From: Candidatus Thorarchaeota archaeon
Lineage (GTDB): Archaea > Asgardarchaeota > Thorarchaeia > Thorarchaeales > Thorarchaeaceae
NCBI GenBank assembly: GCA_963726195.1
Contig: CAVSBO010000013.1
Location: 71,038-135,037 of the forward strand
Direction: 5' to 3'
DNA: 64,000 bases
Shown: positions 1 to 9,693 of the stretch, one piece after another
Layout: each line of letters begins with the position of its first letter
How positions within the stretch are numbered: position 1 is the first letter of the stretch
Position numbers and translations under genes: made by a program
The notes under the pieces: generated by a model
Told to the model about the DNA's origin: nothing
The model's database searches: none
The model's input: the letters and a program-made list of their open reading frames with translations, nothing else

Positions 1-656
1 TAATCGAGAAGCATGAAGAACGACAGATGCTAGGCCTCAGCGCCTTGTACTGCACTCTTGAGATGACCCAAACTGTAACAGGCTTTGTCAAGAAGGAAAC
101 GCTCTCTGGAAGAACCATAAGCAAATCGGAACTGCCTCAACCCTTGGATTATACGTATCCGACCCGTGGGTTTGTTTTCTCAGTGCCAGGACCTGAGCAC
201 GCAATCGATGACTACGCTCACGGGAAGTACAACAGTCTCGGCGGCCCGAAAATGGATCCGGTTGAGCTCTATGGAGGGACATTCCATGCTGTGGAGCACG
301 TCATCATCGAATCGAGCGACATGCTGACTGGTGGTGGAACAAGGGAGATAGGCGGAGTCTCAATGGGTGACTCAGGCATAATATTCGTGTATGACGGCAG
401 CCCCGGCGGCAATGGAGCATCGAAGCTGCTGTTCGGAAGACTTGAGGAAGCGTTTCACAGGGCAGAAACCATTCTGGCAGATTGCGATTGCAAGACCACC
501 GATGGTTGTCCTCTTTGTACATATTCCTACCAATGCGGAAACAACAACCGTCCTTTGTTCAAGCTCGGCGCACTCGAGAGCATAAGACAGGTTCTGAACA
601 AAGCGGAGACAAAGGTCGATGTAGTCGGATACTCGACCTATCAGCCGGTGGTGTAG
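1..656 (+). CDS. DEAD/DEAH-box helicase (Hrq1/MrfA-like), C-terminal DUF1998 Zn-binding domain; 5' truncated by window
   Basis: FHAVEHVII...FVYDGSPGGNG...CDCKTTDGCPLC..SYQCGNNN is the typical DUF1998 signature; frame is open upstream of the ATG at 27. Confidence 0.85.
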   Translation, partial: IEKHEERQMLGLSALYCTLEMTQTVTGFVKKETLSGRTISKSELPQPLDYTYPTRGFVFSVPGPEHAIDDYAHGKYNSLGGPKMDPVELYGGTFHAVEHVIIESSDMLTGGGTREIGGVSMGDSGIIFVYDGSPGGNGASKLLFGRLEEAFHRAETILADCDCKTTDGCPLCTYSYQCGNNNRPLFKLGALESIRQVLNKAETKVDVVGYSTYQPVV

Positions 657-670
657 GGGCGTGAACGTGC

Positions 671-2614
671 GTGACTGAGTTCCTTATCAATCGAGGCCAT
701 GACGGTCCTGCTCGCTTCGGTACCCTTAGGCTGGGGTCATCGACGGTCTTGACACCTGCTTTGGTTGGAGGGACTGGTGCTACTGATCCAGTTCTGAGAT
801 ACTGGACTCTGGACCGCGATCCCCGGCCCGTGTCAGCCCTTGGCATTCTGGCGCTACCTCCTCTCTCAAGCTACAGCGATAGTGTCTTGGGACTGGTCCA
901 AGATGATGATGCGATTCTATTGCCATCTCTGCCTTCTGCGTCGACCTTGGGCGCGGACTTTGCAGCGGCGCTTCTGAATCAGCAGCTAGTTCTTCTCCGG
1001 AATTCAGGAGACAAGATTCAACCATCGAGAGCAATAGTGAGAATACCTTCTCTGCTTAACCCTGACCTTCTTGACTCGATTGTCGGCGAGTTCAGCGAGC
1101 TGGGCGTTCGCAGTGCGGCGTTCGTGTTCAACGGGGAGCTTGGCCCCAATGATCGAGACTCGATACTGCTTCGCGCGAGAATTCCTCGCAACTGGCTGAC
1201 CTTAGCACTCGGAAGAATAGAACCGTATTCTGTTCCTTTGTTCCACTACCTAGGTTTTGACGTAATCGACGCAGGGAGGGCATTGGGCGCAGCGGCTCAG
1301 GCAGTACGACTTTGGCCTAGAGGATACGAAAGTATTCCGCAGTCTGAAGAGCTGAGGTATTGTCCTTGTCATGCATGCTCGTCACAGACGAATCTAGCAA
1401 GTCTTGACAGAGAAACACTTGGGGCCGTTTTGGTGGCACACAACATCGCTCTCTATAGATCATTTCTCTCAGAGAGCATGAACGCGGCACGGTTGGGTCA
1501 GCTACGGTACCTCGTTGAATCTATGACCCACTCAAGCGTGGCATCTGCAGCTTTCCTGAGAATCGTTGACAGAGAACTCTACAACTATGTCGAAGAATTC
1601 ACTAACACAACCGGGAGCGGTGCCTTGGCGCTCATTGGTCCAGAGTCTTACAACTCCCCTGTCGTGAAGCGATTTCGCGAATACGTTGCTTCAAGATATG
1701 TGCCACCTCCCTACAAGAAGCTCATTCTAGTCCTTCCGTGTTCAGCCCGCAAACCGTATTCCGACTCGAAATCGCATAAGCTGTTCAGAGAGGTCATTGA
1801 TGCAAGCTTGGGAGCATCGAGGTTCGCAGTTGCGGAGACCATTCTCACATCGCCGCTTGGAGTTGTCCCGAGAGAGCTTGAACGCACATACCCAGCATCG
1901 GTCTACGATCTTCCAGTGACCGGTGATTGGGACGCAGAGGAAACTGGGATTGCTTCTGATGCGCTTGTCACGCACTTGGCGAAGTTCGACAAATCTGCTG
2001 TGGTAGTCGCGCATGTTTCCGGAGGGTACGAGGATGCTGTCAAGGGTGCTGAATCCAGAACCGAACAAAGCATCATCTACACCACAAGTGGCCAACCAGT
2101 GACGAGCAAGGAATCGTTGGAGTCTCTGAGGGAGACTCTCGAGGAAATGGTCGACGTTCTCTCTCTGAAAGCAGGACACAATCTTGAGAACAGAGAGATT
2201 CTTCGGACAACTGCTGACTTCCAGTTTGGACCAGGCACTGGCGAAGTGCTGATTCCAGATGATGCATCAGTGTGGGGCAAGCCATACAGAATGATTGTCA
2301 GCAGGATCAAGGGAGAACAAACCTGTGCCTATGTGGCTGATTCGGGCGCAATCTCTCTCACTCTCGCAGGTGGACGACTTCTAGCTCCTCTTGACCGGTA
2401 CTGGGTACGGTTTGATGGGAGCCGAATCAAAGGAGGGTCTGTGTTCGCTGTAGCTGTGCTAGGAGCAGATTCGAAGATACGGCCGGGCGATGAGGTCGTG
2501 GTCATCGGAACAAATGACGAAGTTCTGGGAGTAGGTCGTAGTGATATGTCTGGCATTGAGATGTGCGAGTTCGAGAAGGGCTGCGCAGTGTCTGTAAGAC
2601 ATAAGGTGGATTGA
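671..2614 (+). CDS. arcS: Archaeosine synthase subunit alpha (ArcS; TGT-like + PUA)
   Basis: TGT-like N-terminus (DGPARFG, CPCHAC, HN), LPCSARKPYSDSKSH and TSPLGVVPRELE motifs, C-terminal PUA (IRPGDEVVV). Confidence 0.9.
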   Translation: MTEFLINRGHDGPARFGTLRLGSSTVLTPALVGGTGATDPVLRYWTLDRDPRPVSALGILALPPLSSYSDSVLGLVQDDDAILLPSLPSASTLGADFAAALLNQQLVLLRNSGDKIQPSRAIVRIPSLLNPDLLDSIVGEFSELGVRSAAFVFNGELGPNDRDSILLRARIPRNWLTLALGRIEPYSVPLFHYLGFDVIDAGRALGAAAQAVRLWPRGYESIPQSEELRYCPCHACSSQTNLASLDRETLGAVLVAHNIALYRSFLSESMNAARLGQLRYLVESMTHSSVASAAFLRIVDRELYNYVEEFTNTTGSGALALIGPESYNSPVVKRFREYVASRYVPPPYKKLILVLPCSARKPYSDSKSHKLFREVIDASLGASRFAVAETILTSPLGVVPRELERTYPASVYDLPVTGDWDAEETGIASDALVTHLAKFDKSAVVVAHVSGGYEDAVKGAESRTEQSIIYTTSGQPVTSKESLESLRETLEEMVDVLSLKAGHNLENREILRTTADFQFGPGTGEVLIPDDASVWGKPYRMIVSRIKGEQTCAYVADSGAISLTLAGGRLLAPLDRYWVRFDGSRIKGGSVFAVAVLGADSKIRPGDEVVVIGTNDEVLGVGRSDMSGIEMCEFEKGCAVSVRHKVD

Positions 2615-2623
2615 GACTGGTCC

Positions 2624-3724
2624 ATGAGCGATTTTGCGAATGAATTGCATAGGCTCGTTATTGCGGAGACAAGGAGTGCAAGAGAGGCCTCGATTCACAA
2701 GCGCCCTGTTAGACCTGCCATCGTGCCCTCTTCTGCATGGACGACAGAGACTCGTATTTCGTCTGAAACTGGAAAGGCTTTGTCTATCGTGTTTTCCACT
2801 ATAGGATGCGCTCATGCCCGGGGTGCTTTAGGGGGTTGCACTATGTGCAGCTACCTTCTGGACGGTACTCAAAGGTCACCGTCGTCTGAAGAGCTACAAC
2901 AGCAATTCATGAATGCAATGTCGAAACTGGACGCAGAGCACGGCCCGGTCTCTGTGAAGCTCTACACGAGTGGTAGCTTCTTGGACCCGGGTGAGGTTCC
3001 GGTCTCTGCCAGGTCTGCGATACTGGAAATGCTTGCTAGTGACAGCAGAGTACGTGAGGTAGTGCTGGAATCACGCCCTGAGTATGTGTCTCAAGAGGTC
3101 ATGGTCGAGTTGAGAAGGTCTCTAGGAGACATTGAGATTGAACTTGGCATTGGCTTGGAGAGCAGTAACGATCTGATTAGGTCCATATGTGTCAACAAAG
3201 GTTTCTCAGGGGAGGACTTTCATAATGCGGTCGAGATCGCACGGTCAGAAGGCATCGGTGTACGGGCTTATGTTTTGGTAAAGCCTCCTTTCCTGACAGA
3301 GAGGGATGCTCTTCTTGATGCTACACAGACGATTCAGGATGCGGCCTCAATGGGTGTCACAACGATATCCATCAACCCGGTCAATGTGCAGAGCTATACT
3401 CTGGTCGAGAGGCTGTGGTCCAGAGGCGAGTACAGGCCTCCTTGGTTATGGACTGTTGTCGAAGTTCTCAAAAGGTCAAGCAGTTCCATAGGAGATTCAA
3501 TCAGAATCGTATGCGACCCTGTTGCAGCAGGAAGGCTGCGCGGAACACACAACTGCGGGGCTTGTGATGAAAGCATCTCGCATGCTATCAGCAAGTTCTC
3601 TCTGATTCAGGACGCATCTGTTCTTGACGGTCTCAACTGTGGTTGCTTGTCTGTCTGGCATCACGTGCTAGAGCATGAAGACTCATCACTACTGGTTCAT
3701 GACCACACCTCTCTAGGCAAGTGA
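2624..3724 (+). CDS. Archaeosine biosynthesis radical SAM protein RaSEA
   Basis: GCAHARGALGGCTMC, YTSGSFLD, ESRPE, GLES, KPPFLTE, YRPPWLW, HNCGAC; directly downstream of arcS. Confidence 0.9.
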   Translation: MSDFANELHRLVIAETRSAREASIHKRPVRPAIVPSSAWTTETRISSETGKALSIVFSTIGCAHARGALGGCTMCSYLLDGTQRSPSSEELQQQFMNAMSKLDAEHGPVSVKLYTSGSFLDPGEVPVSARSAILEMLASDSRVREVVLESRPEYVSQEVMVELRRSLGDIEIELGIGLESSNDLIRSICVNKGFSGEDFHNAVEIARSEGIGVRAYVLVKPPFLTERDALLDATQTIQDAASMGVTTISINPVNVQSYTLVERLWSRGEYRPPWLWTVVEVLKRSSSSIGDSIRIVCDPVAAGRLRGTHNCGACDESISHAISKFSLIQDASVLDGLNCGCLSVWHHVLEHEDSSLLVHDHTSLGK

Positions 3725-3788
3725 CACGGAAAGTGTTATAGGAACAGAAGGGGAATGTGTCCCGTTCCTGATATGCGAGGTCTGCAAA

Positions 3789-4145
3789 ATGGCAAGATAC
3801 GTCACTCGAGTTTCTGTGTGGTTCAACAGCGAAGGTGCAAGCCCTTCAGTGGTCATAAAGAAGCTTGTGAGTCTTGGATTCATTCCAGTGCGTGGTGCGT
3901 ATGACTTCATCTACAAGCACGAATCGCCTGAGGACATGACGGAATCAGAACTCGGTACCGCCATAATCGAGATTTCTAACGCTCTTCACAAGACTCTTGC
4001 AGGGTTCAAGGTTCTTTATACACTAGACACACACACATTGGACGACGAAGCCGACTACGTCCCTCTCGAGGACATAGATGCAGAACTTGAAGCCACAAGA
4101 AAGGAAATCCAAGAACTGGAAAGGGAAACATCAGAATTGGATTAG
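3789..4145 (+). CDS. Conserved archaeal hypothetical protein with acidic C-terminal coiled coil
   Basis: 118-aa ORF; FNSEGASPS..LGF.PV.GAYDF motif recalled from small archaeal proteins. Confidence 0.6.
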   Translation: MARYVTRVSVWFNSEGASPSVVIKKLVSLGFIPVRGAYDFIYKHESPEDMTESELGTAIIEISNALHKTLAGFKVLYTLDTHTLDDEADYVPLEDIDAELEATRKEIQELERETSELD

Positions 4146-4146
4146 A

Positions 4147-4180
4147 ATGAGCGAGGGGGCAGGAATGCCCCGTCACTCAT
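4147..4180. terminator. Hairpin between convergent genes
   Basis: ATGAG-cga-GGGGCA-ggaa-TGCCCC-gtca-CTCAT; GNRA loop; lies between two converging stop codons. Confidence 0.45.
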
Positions 4181-4192
4181 CATGGAATTGTA

Positions 4193-5977
4193 CTAGTCAG
4201 AAGTCACTTCTGGTTCGCGACGCTGGTACTCGCCTTCTCCTTTGACTACAATGCGGAGAGACTTCTTATCGTTTGGATTCATGCGAGCCCATGTCCAAAC
4301 CAAATCAGTGCCTTCCTTCGCCGGATTCCGCTGTGGCTCTTCCTCTCGAGGCTCAGTCGATACGTAGGTGAAGCCGGTTGGCAGCCAGTCCACGAGCTTC
4401 ACGTTCTCGGTAGTGACTTCACCTTTGTTCTCAACGGCCAAGGTAATTATGTATTCGCCGGTCTTGGAGCCCTTGCTGATTGCCTTCTTCGCTGAGATGC
4501 GGCGCTTGCGATATATCACACCAATCTTGTGGGCAAAGGGCGTACTCATGACCTCGGTGGTCAGTCCTGCGGGGTGAGTGTTGGCCCAGCAGTGAATGGG
4601 ACTGGGGTATTCCTTCTCAGGTCTGTTCCGCCACGCCATAACTGCGTAATTGATTTTCACGCTGTCGCCGGGCTTCAGTTCGCCTATGCTATCCCTCATG
4701 TCAGCGAACTTGAATCTGATTTTATGCGGCTTCTCAGGGTTCTGGTCGTCAGGGGTAATTGTGGCACTGTAGTCTCCAGTGAACTCCTTTCCAGCGATCC
4801 AGACTGTGATATGTTCCTTCTTGGGAGGCATCACATCATCAGGCAGACTATCTTCAACCTCCAGCTGGTCGAGGCGCGCCGAACCGCTGTTCGTAACCTC
4901 GATTGTCACTTCGACAGGTGTCTTGTCAAGACTGCTGACCTCAGGCGGATCGAATGCCTTCGTGTAGGTGATTCTGTAGACCGGGACAGTCTGTGGCAAT
5001 TTGCTCGATGTCCCGATTATCCTCTTCTTGATTGTGCGAATAGGAGTGTACGCAACATCGGGTGCGCATTTCGGGGGGGACTTGCTTTCAACTTGGAACG
5101 CAGATTTCCACACCTCTCTCGGCTTCATTTCAAGACGGGGTGCGGCATCGATCATCTTTTGTCTGTCACCGCCCCGCTCCGGGGTGAGAAACACTACGGC
5201 CTTGTCAAGACGGACTATCAAGTCTGTCTCGTTTGAACACTCAAGAGTGCATTCCCAACGGTTGGGTTCATTCTCAGCTGTCTCTATGCTGCTTTGGAAT
5301 TCTGTGAGTGCGCTTATGTCAGGATTCAGAGCTGATCTTTGCTGATCCTCAGATTTGTAGCTGATGGCGACTTCGCCCGCGTTTTTCTCAGTCACGTCAT
5401 CAACATGACCTACGGCCGAAAGTATCAGCGTAGACTCCTCTTTGGGATAAATCACGAAGTCCTTCCACACAACTTGACGGGTTCCTTCATCAAACTTGGC
5501 TGTGCCAGATTTGACGCTTTCTACTTTCACCTTCGTAAGCTCTGGAGAGATTGTTTTGTTGAACACAATACTGTCAATCTGACCATCTGTTTCGTTCTTG
5601 ATGTGCAGTGTGATCTTGACTGGGTTATCCTTACCATACACGTAAGCCCAGTGCGGGCTCTCAGCGGCCACGCTGCTGCATGTGTCATATGTCTCGCTGA
5701 TTGTGAGGATAGGCGCGTCAACTGTTATGCCATAGCCTGTAGTCCACTTTGCACCAGCATCAATCTCACCGGCTGACAACATCGCGTCCTTGACAGTCGT
5801 GCCGCCTTTGCTGTCGCCCAGGTTGATTCTCACGTTCCATATTCGAGTTTCTGCTGAAACATTCTTTACAGTCAGTACCCCTGATGCTTCCGCTGACTCA
5901 AGTTCGCTCAGCTCACCGAAGCGGCTCTTTTCGCTTTCTTCCAAGTCTATTATCACAGTCTTGCGCTCGCTCATCAA
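4193..5977 (-). CDS. All-beta cytosolic protein, adaptin mu/delta-COP homology (MHD)-like plus DUF11-like Ig repeats
   Basis: 594-aa ORF, no signal peptide; VIIDLEESE...ESAEASGVLTVK and GTAKFDEGTRQVVWK resemble mu-homology strands; VEN.GEV...NVKLVDWLPTGF is DUF11-like. Confidence 0.5.
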   Translation of the reverse strand: MMSERKTVIIDLEESEKSRFGELSELESAEASGVLTVKNVSAETRIWNVRINLGDSKGGTTVKDAMLSAGEIDAGAKWTTGYGITVDAPILTISETYDTCSSVAAESPHWAYVYGKDNPVKITLHIKNETDGQIDSIVFNKTISPELTKVKVESVKSGTAKFDEGTRQVVWKDFVIYPKEESTLILSAVGHVDDVTEKNAGEVAISYKSEDQQRSALNPDISALTEFQSSIETAENEPNRWECTLECSNETDLIVRLDKAVVFLTPERGGDRQKMIDAAPRLEMKPREVWKSAFQVESKSPPKCAPDVAYTPIRTIKKRIIGTSSKLPQTVPVYRITYTKAFDPPEVSSLDKTPVEVTIEVTNSGSARLDQLEVEDSLPDDVMPPKKEHITVWIAGKEFTGDYSATITPDDQNPEKPHKIRFKFADMRDSIGELKPGDSVKINYAVMAWRNRPEKEYPSPIHCWANTHPAGLTTEVMSTPFAHKIGVIYRKRRISAKKAISKGSKTGEYIITLAVENKGEVTTENVKLVDWLPTGFTYVSTEPREEEPQRNPAKEGTDLVWTWARMNPNDKKSLRIVVKGEGEYQRREPEVTSD

Positions 5978-5997
5978 CAGCTCACCTGCCTACATAC

Positions 5998-6693
5998 TCA
6001 TGTTAGTTTGTACCTGAATTCATTGCCTGCGGCCCAATCAATTTCGAGAACTTGTCTCGGTTCCATAAGCATCGGAATGGTAGTACTCGCGAACTGCTCC
6101 AAGTACTTCCGAAACTTCGTATTCTGCTCTGGTGTGGTCGACCTTACCGGAATCCCTATTCTCGGTTTTGCGTCTATGCAGAGGCTGACCGCATCCTTGA
6201 CTCCAAATACCTGACCTTCGCCTATCGGAACTATCATTACATCAGAGTCAATCTGCCCAAACGGGCCTCGAACAACTGTGTCACCTAGGTAGGCGACCTT
6301 CATCCCTGACATTTCAATGTACAATCCTAAGTTCTCTGCCCTTTCTCCTGACTTAGGGTCTGCTCTCTGAAGAGAGTAGGGAATAATCTTCAAACCCGGG
6401 ATTTGATAGGACTCTTCTGGTTTCAACACACGAAGAAGCCAGGGCTTTCCTCCCTGTGACTTTGCCTTTTCAATCGTCTGCTCGTTTCCCAAAATCCAAG
6501 CCTTGGCTCTTGTCGCAATAGCAGTAGCATTACCCATTGCGTCATCGAAGTGGTTAGTTGCCACTACAATCTTCACATCGCTATCTTCGGGCACCGCGGG
6601 TTTGCCGTCCCATATGCCCGGGTTCAGCAGCACGGATGTGTCTTTGGAATCAAGTCTGAACGAAGTGCGACCGAGGTATGTAATCTTGAGCAA
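5998..6693 (-). CDS. Metallo-beta-lactamase fold protein (UPF0173-like), degenerate metal motif
   Basis: LKITYLGRTSF, AYLGDT, DVMIVPIG, PRIGIPV framework; HxHxDH replaced by TNHFDDA. Confidence 0.75.
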   Translation of the reverse strand: MLKITYLGRTSFRLDSKDTSVLLNPGIWDGKPAVPEDSDVKIVVATNHFDDAMGNATAIATRAKAWILGNEQTIEKAKSQGGKPWLLRVLKPEESYQIPGLKIIPYSLQRADPKSGERAENLGLYIEMSGMKVAYLGDTVVRGPFGQIDSDVMIVPIGEGQVFGVKDAVSLCIDAKPRIGIPVRSTTPEQNTKFRKYLEQFASTTIPMLMEPRQVLEIDWAAGNEFRYKLT

Positions 6694-6789
6694 CTGGCCA
6701 CTTCCATTAGTACTGTTACTTGCTGCAAGGTTGGAACTCCTGCAGCTAATGATACTCTAGTTCCTAATCCTTAAAAACAAAATTCGCAT

Positions 6790-6811
6790 TGGTGCTCATT
6801 TCGAAGCACCA
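6790..6811. promoter_or_regulatory. Palindrome, candidate operator in divergent promoter region
   Basis: TGGTGCT-n8-AGCACCA between the divergent MBL and mtrH-like genes. Confidence 0.3.
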
Positions 6812-6930
6812 GCGGCATACTATGAGATTACTTCACAGTCGTGTGCAAAGGTTATTGAGTGCATTGGATTGCGAAGCGACGAGTGCCCCGTTAGCATCAA
6901 CATAATGAATGGATTCCGGAGACCTGCAAC

Positions 6931-7836
6931 ATGTACGAGTACAAATCGCAACAACGTACGATTGAATTCGGGGGCGTGAAGATTGGAGGGATACCGGGCC
7001 TTGCGCCAACAGTCCTGATAGGTTCCATCTTCTATTCGAAAGACAAGTTGGTGCTTGACCCAAAGACTGGTGAAATAGACAAGCCTCAGGCAGATAGAAT
7101 TCTTCTCGAGCTCTCAGACATATCAACCAAGACCGGGCTGCCCAGTATGTTGGATGTTGTAGCTTCGTCATCACCTGCAATGGGGCAATACCTTTCATAC
7201 CTGGCCGACAAAACCAGCATGCCTCTGCTAATCGATGGTTCCGGCTCCCAGGAAGTGAACCTAGCTGGGATAGAGATGGCTCGCGAGAACGGACTGCTTG
7301 ACAGGGTCATGCTTAATTCACTGACACCTGAGACCAGTGACGAAATGTACACGAAGCTGCAGGAGTCTGGGCTAAAGGGCGCAGTCATCCTCACGTTTTC
7401 GAAGGATGCTATGTCCTCGGTCGCAAGGAGAACTGAGCTTGCCGAACAAATCTTGGCCAAGGCCACAAACGCAGGGCTCAGCAATTTGATAATCGATACC
7501 GGAGTAGTAGACCTGCTCACGCTAGGGCTTGCCTGCAAGGCAATGCAGTCAATCAAAGATAGGTTCGGGTACCCAGTAGGTTGCGGTGCGCACAATGCAG
7601 TAAACATGTGGGCTGGCTTGGTTCCGAAATTCGGGAAGGATGCGAAGAACCCAGCCCTTGTAGGGGCAAGTCTTATGCCTGTGGTTCTAGGCGCTGATTT
7701 CGTTCTTTACGGACCCGTGAAACATGCGCCCATTGTCTTTCCATCAGTGGCAATGATTGACACCGCTCTCTCAGGCGTGCTGCTGGAAAAGAAAATCCGA
7801 CCAGACCGACAACATCCTCGCTTCAAGATTGGCTAG
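6931..7836 (+). CDS. mtrH: MtrH-family methyl-corrinoid:pterin methyltransferase
   Basis: GGVKIGG.PG..PTVLIGSIFY, LLIDG, LNS, GCGAHNA, GADFVLYGP motifs. Confidence 0.85.
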   Translation: MYEYKSQQRTIEFGGVKIGGIPGLAPTVLIGSIFYSKDKLVLDPKTGEIDKPQADRILLELSDISTKTGLPSMLDVVASSSPAMGQYLSYLADKTSMPLLIDGSGSQEVNLAGIEMARENGLLDRVMLNSLTPETSDEMYTKLQESGLKGAVILTFSKDAMSSVARRTELAEQILAKATNAGLSNLIIDTGVVDLLTLGLACKAMQSIKDRFGYPVGCGAHNAVNMWAGLVPKFGKDAKNPALVGASLMPVVLGADFVLYGPVKHAPIVFPSVAMIDTALSGVLLEKKIRPDRQHPRFKIG

Positions 7837-7847
7837 GTGAACTGCAA

Positions 7848-9443
7848 TTGCCAAGACCTGTCCTAATGTTTGAACCATCAGGACAAAGAATCTCCATATC
7901 ACAATCCACGACGGTCCTTGATGCTGCACGCAGTCTTGGTCTTCCTGTTGCCACAGATTGCGGGGGTCGCGGCACCTGTGGAAAATGCAGAGTTAAGTTT
8001 CAACCGGCACCTCCTCCGACTCAAAGCGATTTTCAACATCTCTCGAACGACGAAATCGCAGAGGGCATTCGTCTGGCCTGTCAGCATGTGATAGAGACAG
8101 ACACAAGAGTTGTCGTTCCCTATCCAGAAGCACAGGCCAAGATTCTGGTCGGGGGATCCTCCAGGGCCGCGATGCAGAGGTTGGACAAGGGCCGTGCAGG
8201 ACAGTTGGGAGTTGCAATAGACCTGGGGACGACAACAATAGTAGCGTACCTGCTGGACCTTGGAAACGGCGTTCAGATTGAGCAGCAGGCGATGCTCAAC
8301 CCCGAGGTTGCCTATGGGGAGGACGTAATGTCACGCATTGCTTATGCCATGAGTTTGCGGGGAGGGGGCGAGACACTACGCCGATGTGTGCTTCGCGGTA
8401 TCGATGAGCTTGTGGTTCGGCTTCTATCTGCGGGAGGAGTTCAGCCAGACATCGTATCGCGTGTCTCGCTTGTGGGAAACACTGCCATGCACCATCTTCT
8501 CCTAGGATTGAATATCCGCAGTCTCGGTCTTGCACCATACAAGCCAGCAATGCGAAACTCACTCACGAAATCATCGCGAGAAATCGGGCTGCAGTCCGTT
8601 CCTAAGGCCCAGGTATACATTGCACCGAATATTGAAGGCTTCATAGGCAGTGATACGGTTGGTCTGATAGTATCACAGGGTCTCAACTCGGTTGAGGGCA
8701 CCGTACTGGCAATAGACATCGGAACCAATGCGGAGATAGTTCTTTCAGTTCATGGGCGTCTCATGTGTTGTTCAGCAGCGGCCGGTCCTGCGTTTGAGGG
8801 AGCAAGAATCAAGCATGGCATGAGGGGCGAGGAGGGCGCGATAGAGCATGTACATATCAACAATCCCTCGGAGCCTCCGGAACTTTCTGTGATAGGCCTA
8901 GCTCCTCCTCGAGGGGTTTGCGGGTCCGCAATTGTAGACGTTGCTGCAGAACTGTTGAGAACAGGTTTGATTGATCGCACTGGCCGAATGCAAGAATCGA
9001 GAAGGGTTGTCCGTGATGGCGAACATGGTCTTTGCTACATTGTAGCAGAGCCGGGCGAGTCTGGCGCAGACCGGCGTGTTGTGTTCACTCAGGAAGACGT
9101 GAGGCAGGTCCAGCTGGCTAAGGCGGCGATATCTGCTGGTGCCGAGGTTTTGATGGACGAGTATGGCATTACTTCATCTGACATTGATGCACTTCTATTG
9201 GCAGGCGCATTTGGTAACTTCATCCGTCCCGAGAGTGCTCTTGCAATTGGTCTGCTGCCTCCTGTTGCCCTTGAAAGAATAGTACCAGTTGGAAATGCCG
9301 CAGGCGAAGGGGCAAAGAGGCTTCTGTTGTCTTCTAGAGAGAGGACCTTGGCGGAAAAGGTAAGCGCCTCCGCCAAGTATGTCAACCTTGCTGCTCATCC
9401 AGCCTTCGCTCAGAAGTTCTTGGAAGCCACGGTGATAGGCTAG
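7848..9443 (+). CDS. Reductive activator of corrinoid enzymes (RACE; 2Fe-2S + ASKHA/DUF4445)
   Basis: CGGRGTCGKC...RLAC ferredoxin; IDLGTTT, GEDVMSRI, IDIGTNAE, AAGPAFEG, GVCGSA, AGAFG, GNAAGEGA. Confidence 0.9.
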   Translation: MPRPVLMFEPSGQRISISQSTTVLDAARSLGLPVATDCGGRGTCGKCRVKFQPAPPPTQSDFQHLSNDEIAEGIRLACQHVIETDTRVVVPYPEAQAKILVGGSSRAAMQRLDKGRAGQLGVAIDLGTTTIVAYLLDLGNGVQIEQQAMLNPEVAYGEDVMSRIAYAMSLRGGGETLRRCVLRGIDELVVRLLSAGGVQPDIVSRVSLVGNTAMHHLLLGLNIRSLGLAPYKPAMRNSLTKSSREIGLQSVPKAQVYIAPNIEGFIGSDTVGLIVSQGLNSVEGTVLAIDIGTNAEIVLSVHGRLMCCSAAAGPAFEGARIKHGMRGEEGAIEHVHINNPSEPPELSVIGLAPPRGVCGSAIVDVAAELLRTGLIDRTGRMQESRRVVRDGEHGLCYIVAEPGESGADRRVVFTQEDVRQVQLAKAAISAGAEVLMDEYGITSSDIDALLLAGAFGNFIRPESALAIGLLPPVALERIVPVGNAAGEGAKRLLLSSRERTLAEKVSASAKYVNLAAHPAFAQKFLEATVIG

Positions 9444-9693
9444 GTTGGAGACCGCCAGAACCCGCTTTCGTCTGCGATTCTGACGTAAGGTACTAGTCTT
9501 CTTGGCGGGTCTTTGAAGCAGGTATCCACAATGAAAGATATATGCTGCTCAGCTTGCTGAGACTTCCAGTTCAATTAGCGGACAGCCACACAATCAGCTG
9601 GAAACTGCCTTGTCCTCGTTGTGGTGGGCCAGCACAAATGAATCCGGCCCGGGGCTTGGCTAGTCATACTTCGAATACTGAGGCAAGAACGAA

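Noticed and set aside
4368-5776. Numerous antisense and alternate-frame ORFs in the six-frame track (here and throughout)
   Set aside because: Shadows of well-supported genes, with no motifs
9531-9578. Tiny Cys-rich ORF with in-frame TGA (MKDICCSAC-UGA) as a selenopeptide
   Set aside because: Only 15 codons, overlaps the probable TATA box, and has no SECIS or homology support
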